64,000 nt of DNA, from NCBI RefSeq assembly GCF_965216145.1, contig NZ_OZ244149.1:3404797-3468796 (forward strand), read 5' to 3'. The position numbers were made by a program, and so were the translations under genes. The notes below the pieces were generated by a model, which was given only the letters and a program-made list of their open reading frames with translations, did no database searches and was not told the DNA's origin. This document shows, one piece after another, positions 9,159 through 17,794 of this stretch; position 1 is the first letter of the stretch; every line of letters begins with the position of its first letter. The stretch comes from Candidatus Palauibacter sp. (GTDB lineage: Bacteria > Gemmatimonadota > Gemmatimonadetes > Palauibacterales > Palauibacteraceae).

Positions 9159-9914
9159 TCAATCTCGTCGCGTGAGGAGGAAAAACCACTGCGGGGCCCA
9201 GTGCAACATCCTCGTCCGCGCGGTCCGCGGAACAAGCGACAGGATGCGCCAGAACGGGCGCCATCTCGACCCGCCTGCACGCCCCAGAACGGAACGGATC
9301 GCCCGCTCCGTGATGTCGGTGACATGAAGGCCCGCCACATTCAGCGTGCGGCGAAGCGGGCGATATCCCAGAAAGCGGATGCCGCGGTAGCTCCGACCGC
9401 GTCGTGCCCAGCGCACGTATCGATCGGCGAGCCCCGTCGGCAGCCAGCTGAGGAAGGGCAGCCTGTAATGAGGCTCGAAAATCGCCCAGCGATTCCCCGC
9501 CGTCACATAGGCAAGTCCTCCCGGCTTGAGTACGCGTGACACCTCTTCGAACAGGCTGCGCGGTTCCGGGACATGCTCATATACATGGTTCACGATCAGG
9601 AGATCGAAGCTGGCGTCAGCGACGGGGAGGCGGGTGCCGTCCGCCACGCAGGTCCGCTCTCGTTCGATCACGACGGCGGGATCGACCTCGAAACCGACGA
9701 TGGGCCTGCCGCTGACCCTCTCGAGTTCGCGTTTCAGGAGGCCCGTGCCACTCCCCAGGTCGCCGATCACGCGCGCCCCGCGGATCTCGTCGCCGATGAC
9801 GGTCGCAAGGACGGCCGCCTTCCGGACCCGGCTTGCCCTGTACTCCGGACTCGACAGGAAGGCCTCATAGAAGTCGCAGTCCGGGCCGTTCGCCTCCGGT
9901 GAAGGGATCGTCAT
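9159..9914 (-). CDS. class I SAM-dependent methyltransferase
   Basis: Motif I VIGDLGSGTGLL and post-I LKPGGLAYVT. Its start ATG overlaps the stop of the K+ channel gene (ATGA). Confidence 0.7.
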   Translation of the reverse strand: MTIPSPEANGPDCDFYEAFLSSPEYRASRVRKAAVLATVIGDEIRGARVIGDLGSGTGLLKRELERVSGRPIVGFEVDPAVVIERERTCVADGTRLPVADASFDLLIVNHVYEHVPEPRSLFEEVSRVLKPGGLAYVTAGNRWAIFEPHYRLPFLSWLPTGLADRYVRWARRGRSYRGIRFLGYRPLRRTLNVAGLHVTDITERAIRSVLGRAGGSRWRPFWRILSLVPRTARTRMLHWAPQWFFLLTRRD

Positions 9915-10819
9915 TCGACAAGTTCGGCGCCGCAGTGCTTGCAGTGGCGGGCGTCGGCTTCATGCCCGGGCGTGGCACAGCGGAGGCAGAGCCGCTCGAT
10001 GGCGGCCCGCAGACTCTGCTGGCGCTCGCCCACGATCTCGGCGGAGATGATGCCCGTCGGCACGGCGATCACGCCGTACCCGAGGATCATGAGCAAGGCG
10101 GCGAGCATCTGACCCAGCGGGGTCTGGGGCGTGATGTCCCCGAACCCCACCGTCGTCACCGTCACGATGGCCCAGTAAACGCCGCGCGGGATGCTGCTGA
10201 AGCCCGCCTCGGCCCCTTCGATCACGTACATCGCGGAGCCCACGAGGCTGACGACGACGAGCACCGCGACGAGGAAGACGGCGATCTTGTAGGCGCTCGA
10301 ACGTAGCGCGTGGATCAGGAGCCGTTCCCCACCCACGAACTGTGCGAGCTTCAGCACCCGGAAGACGCGCACCACGCGCAGAAGGCGGATGACGGCGAGC
10401 GCCTGCCCGCCCGGGATGAAGAGGCCGATGAAATTGGGCAGGATCGCGAGCAGATCGACGATCCCGAAGAAGGAGCGCCCGTACCGGGTCGCCTTCTCGG
10501 CCGAGATCAGCCGAAAGACGTATTCAATCGTGAACAGCCCCGTGAACACCCACTCCAACGTCCACAGTGCCCCGCGCGCGCCGACCGCCAGTTCGTTCAC
10601 GCTCTCCAGCATGACCACGACGACGCTGGCCACGATCACGCCGATCAGAGCCAGGTCGAACAGCCGGCCGTCCGGGGTCAGGTTGCCGAAGATGATCCGG
10701 TGGGCCTCGCACCTCCACCGAGGCCGCGTGGAGAAGATGGGGTGGCGCTCGTAATCGATCGCCGGCCGCACCGGCTCCCGCCGCGACGGGAAGTACGACA
10801 TGGTCCGGTTTCTTGCCAT
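9911..10819 (-). CDS. voltage-gated (Kv-type) potassium channel with C-terminal zinc-ribbon-like tail
   Basis: Six-TM layout with an S4 carrying Arg at every third position (LAVIRLLRVVRVFRVLKLAQ). Selectivity filter TVGFGD. C-terminal CLRC...CKHCG. Its ATG directly follows the TAA of the upstream GT2 gene (TAAATG). Confidence 0.8.
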   Translation of the reverse strand: MARNRTMSYFPSRREPVRPAIDYERHPIFSTRPRWRCEAHRIIFGNLTPDGRLFDLALIGVIVASVVVVMLESVNELAVGARGALWTLEWVFTGLFTIEYVFRLISAEKATRYGRSFFGIVDLLAILPNFIGLFIPGGQALAVIRLLRVVRVFRVLKLAQFVGGERLLIHALRSSAYKIAVFLVAVLVVVSLVGSAMYVIEGAEAGFSSIPRGVYWAIVTVTTVGFGDITPQTPLGQMLAALLMILGYGVIAVPTGIISAEIVGERQQSLRAAIERLCLRCATPGHEADARHCKHCGAELVE

Positions 10820-11605
10820 TTACAGCCTCCCGAACAGGGACCGCAGCCGGAGGGCCCACACGCGCCACACCGCCTCGCGGACGATCGCGCCCGACATCTT
10901 GCTCTGGCCCGCCGCCCGATCCGTGAACACGATCGGGACCTCGCCGATCCGGAACCCCTTCTTCCAGGCGCGGAAGTTCATCTCGATCTGGAAGGTGTAC
11001 CCGGTCGATCCCACCGCATCGAGGTCGAGAGCTTCGAGCACGGGCCGCGTGAAGCACTTGAATCCGCTCGTCGAGTCTGCCAGCCGCAGACCCGTGACGA
11101 AGCGCGCGTACTTGTTCGCATAGTAGCTGAGGAGCAGGCGCGACATGGGCCAGTTGATCACGTTGACCCCCGCAGTATAGCGGGATCCCACGACCACATC
11201 GAAGCCGGCCGTGGCCGCGATCATGTCGGACAGGTAGCGCGGGTCGTGAGACCCGTCGGCGTCCATCTCGAAGATCCAGTCGAAGTCCCGCTCCAGCGCC
11301 CAGCGGAATCCGGCGACATAGGCGGACCCGAGCCCCCCCTTCCCTTCCCTGTGAAGCGCCTGCACCCGGGGTTCGCCGGCCGCAATCGAATCCACGAGGC
11401 CGCCGGTGCCATCCGGGGACGCGTCATCCACGACGAGCACGGAGAGGCGGCTGTCTCGGGCCAGCACGCTCGACACGATGTCGGCGATGGACTGGATCTC
11501 GTTGTAGGTGGGCAGGATGACCAGGCCGCGTTTGCCCGCGGCGGGATCGGACTCGGGTCCCCCGCCGTGATCCGGCGCGGGAGCAGAAGGCGTGTCGGTG
11601 CTCAT
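10820..11605 (-). CDS. GT2 family polyprenol-phosphate mannose/glucose synthase (Dpm1/Ppm1-like)
   Basis: LVILPTYNE...VLVVDDASPDGT...EMDADGSHDP motifs of dolichol-P-mannose synthase-like GT2 enzymes. Confidence 0.75.
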   Translation of the reverse strand: MSTDTPSAPAPDHGGGPESDPAAGKRGLVILPTYNEIQSIADIVSSVLARDSRLSVLVVDDASPDGTGGLVDSIAAGEPRVQALHREGKGGLGSAYVAGFRWALERDFDWIFEMDADGSHDPRYLSDMIAATAGFDVVVGSRYTAGVNVINWPMSRLLLSYYANKYARFVTGLRLADSTSGFKCFTRPVLEALDLDAVGSTGYTFQIEMNFRAWKKGFRIGEVPIVFTDRAAGQSKMSGAIVREAVWRVWALRLRSLFGRL

Positions 11606-11649
11606 GGCGCCGACAACCTAGCGACCCCGACCCTGCGGCTGCGAACGCG

Positions 11650-12639
11650 TCACTGGCGTCGTGGCTTGCCGATGCTCCGCCCGACCCGAGCGAACCCGAG
11701 GCCGAGGCCGAAGGCAACGAGTTCCGCCACCGTTGACCACAAGCGGGCGGCCAGGGCCAGAGCCGCGGCGGGTCCGAGCGAAATCGCCGCCGCCGCGCTC
11801 AGGAGGCTCGCCATCGCGCCCTCCCGCACGATCATCCCCCCGGGCGCGATCACGGCCAGGTAGCCGACGACGTACGAGGCCGAGAATACCCCGCACGCCA
11901 CGAAGGGTCCGACGGGGTTGCTCGCGACCAGCCCTTCCAGAAGGGCCCAGAAACCAAAGCCATGGAGGGACCAGACCAGAAGGCCGCCGAGGACCGCCCG
12001 GATGAGCAGGCTCCCTGGAAGCGATACCTGATCGGGGTCTCCGGGTTCCCGGAGAAATCGATGCCCGAGCTTGACGACCAACCGCAACACAGGAGGCGCG
12101 AGGGCCCCGGCCACACAGAGAGCACCGAGCAGAATGGGCCACATCCCGAGTCCCTCAAACGCTGCCGTGCCGAGCGCCGCCACGCCGATTCCGGCTCCCG
12201 TGACCAATATCACGCCCTGGAACACGAGCAGCGTGGCCAGCGCCCCCGCCCCCGAATCCCCGTGCGCCCGGACGTAGCCGACCAGGCCCGTCACCTGCCA
12301 GATCTTTCCGGGCAGATACCGGCCGAGGTTCGAGCCGAGCCAGACGGCGGCGGCCTCCGGGAGGTGCGCCCGTCCGCCCGTCGCTCTGAACATGGAGCCC
12401 CAGGTGGCACCGCTGATCCAAAGAGCCGCCGTACCGGAAGCGACTGCCCCGGTGAGCCACAGTGGCCGCACCTGCCACTTCGCGCCCTCCGACCCCGCCA
12501 TCTGCAACCAGGCGCCCCAGCTACCGGACAGTGCGGACGCCACGGCCGCGAGCGCGACGAGGAGAAAGGCGATCGAGGCCAGGATGGCGAAGCGTGGCGG
12601 AAGTCGCCCCGGTTTCCGTCCGGCTTCCCGGTCAGGCAT
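11650..12639 (-). CDS. flippase-like integral membrane protein (lysyl-PG synthase TM-domain / UPF0104-like)
   Basis: Polytopic membrane protein with many TM helices. This type is commonly paired with Dpm1-like GT2 genes. Confidence 0.45.
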   Translation of the reverse strand: MPDREAGRKPGRLPPRFAILASIAFLLVALAAVASALSGSWGAWLQMAGSEGAKWQVRPLWLTGAVASGTAALWISGATWGSMFRATGGRAHLPEAAAVWLGSNLGRYLPGKIWQVTGLVGYVRAHGDSGAGALATLLVFQGVILVTGAGIGVAALGTAAFEGLGMWPILLGALCVAGALAPPVLRLVVKLGHRFLREPGDPDQVSLPGSLLIRAVLGGLLVWSLHGFGFWALLEGLVASNPVGPFVACGVFSASYVVGYLAVIAPGGMIVREGAMASLLSAAAAISLGPAAALALAARLWSTVAELVAFGLGLGFARVGRSIGKPRRQ

Positions 12640-15046
12640 CCTCTTGCCGGGTACGGGCCGGGAACCGGAACCGAAGGAGCACGGCGCCGATGAGGAGGAC
12701 CGCGACCAGGCTCGTCCACACGCCGATCCGGAACGACGAACTCCGGTATGCGAAGGTGAGCCGATGCGGCCCCGTCGGGATCTCGACGCCGCGGAAGGCG
12801 GTGTTCACGCGCCAGATTGTCGCCTCCTCTCCGTCCACGAAGGCGCGCCAGCCGGCGTTGTGAATCTCGCTCACCGCGAGAAGCCCCGCCCGCTCCGCCT
12901 GGACGTCGAGCTCGATCACCTCCGGCTCGTATCGGATGATGGCGGCCGTGCCCTGCCCCGCCTCCGGTGGATCCAGGCCGATCCTGGATTCGACGACGGA
13001 GAGACTCTCTGGATCCGGATTGTCCCATGTCCGGGTCGCCGCCTCGGACGGATCCGCCGTCCACTCGATTTCGGCCGGGAAGAACGCGTATCCCGGCGGC
13101 GACGGGATCGAATACAGGTGGCGACCGGAAGCCTCGGCGATCGAGGCGACATCCTCCTGAGCGCCGGGGATGATGATGTAGCGCACGTTGAGGAGCCTGC
13201 GTACCGGGTCGCGGCCCAGCCCCTGGTCCGGGATGATCCCACCGACGAGCGTCGCGTACGGCTGTAGGAGGAACTTCTGTAGCCCGGTGGCCGACGCGAT
13301 CCCGTGGTAGGCGAGTTCGTTCGGCCGGTAGTTACGCACCGAACCCGCGAGGTTCGGCGCCCACACCCGGTCTCCCGGGCCCGCGTCCTCCTGGAGGGCG
13401 GCGATGACGGGATCCGTCGCCAGCGCGGGGTCCGCGTCTCGAACCTCCAGATAGCGGGCGTCTACGCGCCACAGGTCCAGGATGCCGAACACGAGCACGG
13501 GCACTAGCGCCCATGGCGCGAGCCGCCGCCGGGATACGGCCCACGCTCCTCCCCAGGCGAGCCCGAACCCGGCAAGCAGGAGCAGGCCGTTCGTCCGCAG
13601 GAGCGGTACGAGGGCCGGATCGGGCCGTCTCGGCCAGCCCGCCGGATACCACGACATCATGGCAAAGTTCCCCAGCCCGGCCGGGTCGAGCGCGGCCCAG
13701 GCCCCGAGGAGCACGATGGGCCCCCCGAGTAGTCCGAGCGCCACACGGGACACGCGAGGGTTGGCCTGCCGCCCCTCGAGAACGGCCTCCCACCCGCAGG
13801 CCGCCAGGAGCGCGACGAACACGGCGACCGGACCCAGCATCATGGCGGGCGCGCGCAGGTTCCCGATCAGTGGCAGCAGCGCGTAGGCGATGCGGTGGAT
13901 GGGGGTCGCGGCCCCCAGCGCGAACAGGATGCCCAACAGGCTCGCGACAGCCAGGAACGCCACCGTCCGCCGCTGCTCGCCGGACAGTCCGCCACCCCAC
14001 GCCGCGGCCACGCCCAGGATGGCGAGCGCGATCGGCACCGCGCCGAGGTACTCGGTATGGAGCTTGATCGGGTTCTCTCCCCAATACGTAGCGGGGAGCG
14101 AACTGATCAGGTCCGGAAGGAACAACGCCGTCAATTCCTGCGGCGGCAAGGCCCACGACGCCGCAAACTCGTAGCCGGTTTCGGCTGCGGCGCGCGTCAC
14201 GTCCCCGAGCAGCGCCAGCACCGGAAACAGTTGGGGCCCGGCCAGGGCGATCGAAGCCGCGACGGTCAGGGAGAACGCGGTCACGGGGGGGACATAGACC
14301 CTCCACCAGCCTTCTCCGCCCGGGCGCGGGATCCGGAACAGGAGATGGAAGACGAAGAACAGGGCCAGCGTGAGGCTGGAGAAGTACATCACCTGGGTGT
14401 GCGGGGTGAAGACCTGGGCCGCGATGGTGACGGCAAGGCCGCAGAACCAGCGCGCCTCGCCGGTCTCGAGCCCGCGGTTCAGGAGACCCAGGGCGAGCGG
14501 GATGAGCGCCATGGCGAACATCCGCCCGTCGTGCCCACCCCACAGGTGCGACGTCATATAGCCCGTGAGCATGAACGAGGCGCCGCACACCACGGCCGAC
14601 GACGGCCGCAGTCGGAACGACCGCCCGAGGAAGTACCCGAAGGCGCCACTCAGGAAGGTGTGCAGGACGAACGTCCACCCGATCGCCCGGTGCAGCGGCA
14701 TGAAGAAGTAGAGGATGGTGGAGGGGTAGAAGATCGGCCCGGGCAGGAGCCCGACGAAGGGCATGCCTCCGTAGATGTTCGGGACCCACATCGGTACGCC
14801 CCGGCCGGCGCGGATTTCGTCCACGTAGAAGCGCCGCAGCGAGATCCCCTCGAACATCATGTCCGACCCGAAGATCAACCGCTCCGGGTGGAAGATGAAG
14901 TCACGGTAGAAGAGCACGCTCACGAGGGCCGCCGCCCCCAGGAACCACCAGACCGTGCGGTCGCGACCCTCCGCGGGCCCCTTGACGTCAGTCGGCATTG
15001 GCCGCGGGCGGGAGAAGGCGGAAGATCGCGGATGGCGGTTCTCCAC
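12632..15046 (-). CDS. YfhO-like large polytopic membrane protein (putative GT-C glycosyltransferase)
   Basis: 804 aa. About 500 aa of multi-TM N-terminal region, then a soluble ~250-aa domain, then a single C-terminal TM (VWTSLVAVLLIGAVLL). This is the YfhO topology. Confidence 0.5.
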   Translation of the reverse strand: MENRHPRSSAFSRPRPMPTDVKGPAEGRDRTVWWFLGAAALVSVLFYRDFIFHPERLIFGSDMMFEGISLRRFYVDEIRAGRGVPMWVPNIYGGMPFVGLLPGPIFYPSTILYFFMPLHRAIGWTFVLHTFLSGAFGYFLGRSFRLRPSSAVVCGASFMLTGYMTSHLWGGHDGRMFAMALIPLALGLLNRGLETGEARWFCGLAVTIAAQVFTPHTQVMYFSSLTLALFFVFHLLFRIPRPGGEGWWRVYVPPVTAFSLTVAASIALAGPQLFPVLALLGDVTRAAAETGYEFAASWALPPQELTALFLPDLISSLPATYWGENPIKLHTEYLGAVPIALAILGVAAAWGGGLSGEQRRTVAFLAVASLLGILFALGAATPIHRIAYALLPLIGNLRAPAMMLGPVAVFVALLAACGWEAVLEGRQANPRVSRVALGLLGGPIVLLGAWAALDPAGLGNFAMMSWYPAGWPRRPDPALVPLLRTNGLLLLAGFGLAWGGAWAVSRRRLAPWALVPVLVFGILDLWRVDARYLEVRDADPALATDPVIAALQEDAGPGDRVWAPNLAGSVRNYRPNELAYHGIASATGLQKFLLQPYATLVGGIIPDQGLGRDPVRRLLNVRYIIIPGAQEDVASIAEASGRHLYSIPSPPGYAFFPAEIEWTADPSEAATRTWDNPDPESLSVVESRIGLDPPEAGQGTAAIIRYEPEVIELDVQAERAGLLAVSEIHNAGWRAFVDGEEATIWRVNTAFRGVEIPTGPHRLTFAYRSSSFRIGVWTSLVAVLLIGAVLLRFRFPARTRQEDA

Positions 15047-16523
15047 CCACGTACACGGCCTCGAAGCGGTCCTCGTGGGCGCGAATCGCGGGGACGAGGT
15101 AGCGTTGGGTGGTCCCGCTCACCTGGTCGACGACGACGTAGTCCGCTCTCATCGCTTCCAGACCCCGCATGACGGATGCGGGATCGCCCGAGAAGGGGTA
15201 GAGATCCCCTTTCCGGCGGGCGTACCAGAAGAAAAGACGCGGCTTCCGGTTCGCGATGATCGCGCCGGGCGGCGTGTTGTCACGGGCCCAGCGCGCCGCC
15301 TCGTAGAGACTCGCGTTGGCGGGAGGGTCGCACGGATCTCCCGTCCGATACGACGCCGCGCACGCGACGCGACCGGGGCCGGTGTCGGTCACCCAGGCCA
15401 CTCCGAAAGCCGCGATCACCACCGGCGCCGCCCATTTCAGCCAGCGGCCGGCGGGCAGTGGCAGCCGCCACACGGCCACAAGAGCCAGCAGCAGGATGAC
15501 GGGCGCGAGCGGGAGCAGGAAACGCCGATCGGTCCACACCGACGGCCAGACCGCGATCAGCCCTGCGTACAGGACGGCGAACACTTCCGGCGCGCGGAGA
15601 CGCTCGCGCGAGCGGATGGTCCACCCGGCCAGCGCGGCCGCGGCCACGACGAGTCCGAGCGCGGCCCCTCCGCCCCCCGCGCCGCCGGGACCCAGGAGCG
15701 TCTCCGGGATCACCCGACTGACGTAGGCCCAGCAGTTGTCGGCGGCACGGGCGAAGAGGCCCGCGAAACCCACCGAGCCCGCCGTCGGCGTGTACGGATC
15801 CAGAAGCAGGAGTTCCGCCAGATATCCCGGCTGTTCCGCCGCCGCGAGGCGCTGGTAGAGCGCCCACGCTCCGAGCGCCCCGGCCGTTACGGCGCCCGAC
15901 CACAGCGCCCGCCGCCGCCGCCCCTCGAGCAGCCAGGCGAGCGGGAGCGCGACAAGGATCGTCATGCCCGCGGTACGCGTCGCGAACGCCGCGACCGCAG
16001 CCAGCATCGCGAGCGCAGCGCCCGTGCGGTCCTCGCGCCGCGAGAGCCAGAGGGCGACGACGACGCACAGCGTGAAGGGCGCTTCGCTCAGTATGTAGTG
16101 GCCGTACTCGAGCAGCGTCGGGTTGACCGCCAGGAGCCCGGCCGCGCCGAGCGCGGGTCCCGGCCCGACCCAGCCGCGCCCGAAGTGCGCCGTCGCCCAT
16201 ACCGAGGCGGTCGTGAGCAGCAGCATGGCGACCTTGGCCACGCCGACACCGCCGAGCCACCCCAGCCCCGCGAGGAGCAGCGGCAGGAGCGGTGGGTAGC
16301 GCGCGTGCAGCGGAGTGCCGGGCAGGTGCAGATCACGATACCCTTCCCCATTCCGCAGTGCGTCGCCGATGATCAGGTATCCCGCGTTGTCGCCGCCCGG
16401 GAAGAGGGTGGGCTCGAAGACGAGGACGCCCAGCAGCAGATGCAGGATCGCGAGTCCCGCCGCAGCGAGGTTGAAGTTGTCCCGTACTCGTCCACGACCG
16501 TCGTTGCCCGCGAGCGCGGTCAT
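14988..16523 (-). CDS. GT-C fold glycosyltransferase, GT39/GT83 (PMT_2 / ArnT-like) family
   Basis: 511 aa polytopic membrane protein. First periplasmic loop is FPGGDNAGYLIIGDALRNGEGY. Overall layout matches ArnT/PMT-like lipid-linked sugar transferases. Confidence 0.5.
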   Translation of the reverse strand: MTALAGNDGRGRVRDNFNLAAAGLAILHLLLGVLVFEPTLFPGGDNAGYLIIGDALRNGEGYRDLHLPGTPLHARYPPLLPLLLAGLGWLGGVGVAKVAMLLLTTASVWATAHFGRGWVGPGPALGAAGLLAVNPTLLEYGHYILSEAPFTLCVVVALWLSRREDRTGAALAMLAAVAAFATRTAGMTILVALPLAWLLEGRRRRALWSGAVTAGALGAWALYQRLAAAEQPGYLAELLLLDPYTPTAGSVGFAGLFARAADNCWAYVSRVIPETLLGPGGAGGGGAALGLVVAAAALAGWTIRSRERLRAPEVFAVLYAGLIAVWPSVWTDRRFLLPLAPVILLLALVAVWRLPLPAGRWLKWAAPVVIAAFGVAWVTDTGPGRVACAASYRTGDPCDPPANASLYEAARWARDNTPPGAIIANRKPRLFFWYARRKGDLYPFSGDPASVMRGLEAMRADYVVVDQVSGTTQRYLVPAIRAHEDRFEAVYVGGEPPSAIFRLLPPAANAD

Positions 16524-17794
16524 CGCGGGGGCTCCGGGGCAGTTTCGGGGGCGGGGCCGCTTCGGTCCGGGGCCTCTCCCCGGCGGGCGGCGATCGCCTG
16601 CTCGTAGCAGCCTGTCAGACGGTCGACCACCCCGGGGAGGGCGAACCGTCCCCGGGCATGCGCCCTCCCGCGCCGGGCTCGTTCACGCGTCTCGGCGGGG
16701 CTCTCCACCGATTCCAGGATGGCGCCGGCCAGCGCGGCGGCGTCTCCGGGCGGTACGAGCAGTCCCGTCTCACGGTGCCTCACGATGTCCGGGATTCCTC
16801 CGATATCCGACGCGATCACGGGCAATCCGAATTCGAGCGCCTCCAGCAGGACGACCCCGAGGCCCTCCGTGTCCCCTTTCCTGTCCACCACTGCGGGCAG
16901 GATGAAGAGATCGCTCGCCCGGTAGGCCTCGCTCAGCGTCGTCTCATCGACGCGGCCCGCGAAACGCACGGACGCGTCCACACCGACCCGCACGGCCTCG
17001 GCTGCCAGCCCGGCGGCCTCCGGCCCCTCGCCGATGACCGTAAGCGTCGCATCGACGCGTTCCCTGACCCGGGCCAGCGCACGTATCAGGATATGGACAC
17101 CCTTCCGTTCCACAAGCCGCCCGACGAAGAGGAGACGGAACGACCCGTCGCGGCGAGGCGCACGACCCGCCGTGGTCGACGGATCCGGCGCGAACCCCGA
17201 CACCGCCGCGCTGAACGGGATCACGGTCACTTCCCGTGTCGTGTAGCGCGCCACCGCGGAGGCCGTGGCCGAGGAAATCGCCGTCACGGCGTCCGACATC
17301 TCGATCGACCAGCGGAGGAACGGGACGGCCCAGCCGAGTCGGCGCTCGATCCAGCGGATCTCGACTGAATAGAAGCTCGAGACGACGGCCGTCGTGCCCC
17401 CGGAGGCGGCGCGCAGCACACCCCCGAACCAGGCGTGCGGCACCGGCCAATGGACGTGGACCACGTCGGGCGGCGACGACGTTCCCGCCGCGAGCGAGGC
17501 GAGGCTCCCGCCCGCCAGATACGCGGGCAGGAGCGCGAGGTACGCGGGGCGCGAGCGCAGCCGATCAGGAACGGTCTCGTCGTGCGTGAGCGTTTCGAGC
17601 CGGGCAGGGGCGTAGCGGAACCGCCGCACGGGAATCCCGCGCCACTCCGTCGCCCCCCCGCCCCGATAGGAGGGCGCCAGGACCTCCACCTCGATCCCCC
17701 GCTCGCGGAGGCCGAGCAGCAGTCGGCCCAGCCAGGGGGTGATCACGTCGGCGTCGTGGCGTGGGAAGGCGGTCACGACGTGGACGACCCTCAA
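16520..17794 (-). CDS. GT4 family glycosyltransferase (GT-B fold)
   Basis: EX7E motif region EGLGVVLLEALEFGLPVIASDIGGIPDIV. Its start overlaps the stop of the GtrB-like gene. Confidence 0.8.
   Translation of the reverse strand: MRVVHVVTAFPRHDADVITPWLGRLLLGLRERGIEVEVLAPSYRGGGATEWRGIPVRRFRYAPARLETLTHDETVPDRLRSRPAYLALLPAYLAGGSLASLAAGTSSPPDVVHVHWPVPHAWFGGVLRAASGGTTAVVSSFYSVEIRWIERRLGWAVPFLRWSIEMSDAVTAISSATASAVARYTTREVTVIPFSAAVSGFAPDPSTTAGRAPRRDGSFRLLFVGRLVERKGVHILIRALARVRERVDATLTVIGEGPEAAGLAAEAVRVGVDASVRFAGRVDETTLSEAYRASDLFILPAVVDRKGDTEGLGVVLLEALEFGLPVIASDIGGIPDIVRHRETGLLVPPGDAAALAGAILESVESPAETRERARRGRAHARGRFALPGVVDRLTGCYEQAIAARRGEAPDRSGPAPETAPEPPR

Noticed and set aside
10310-11863. 517-aa plus-strand ORF, and similar ones (13332..14789 -, 13895..15172 +, 14955..16607 +, 15280..16260 -, 16658..17368 +, 17761..18708 +), over the glycosylation cluster
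   Set aside because: Low-complexity Arg/Asp/Glu/Pro-rich translations that overlap ORFs with clear GT or membrane-protein signatures.
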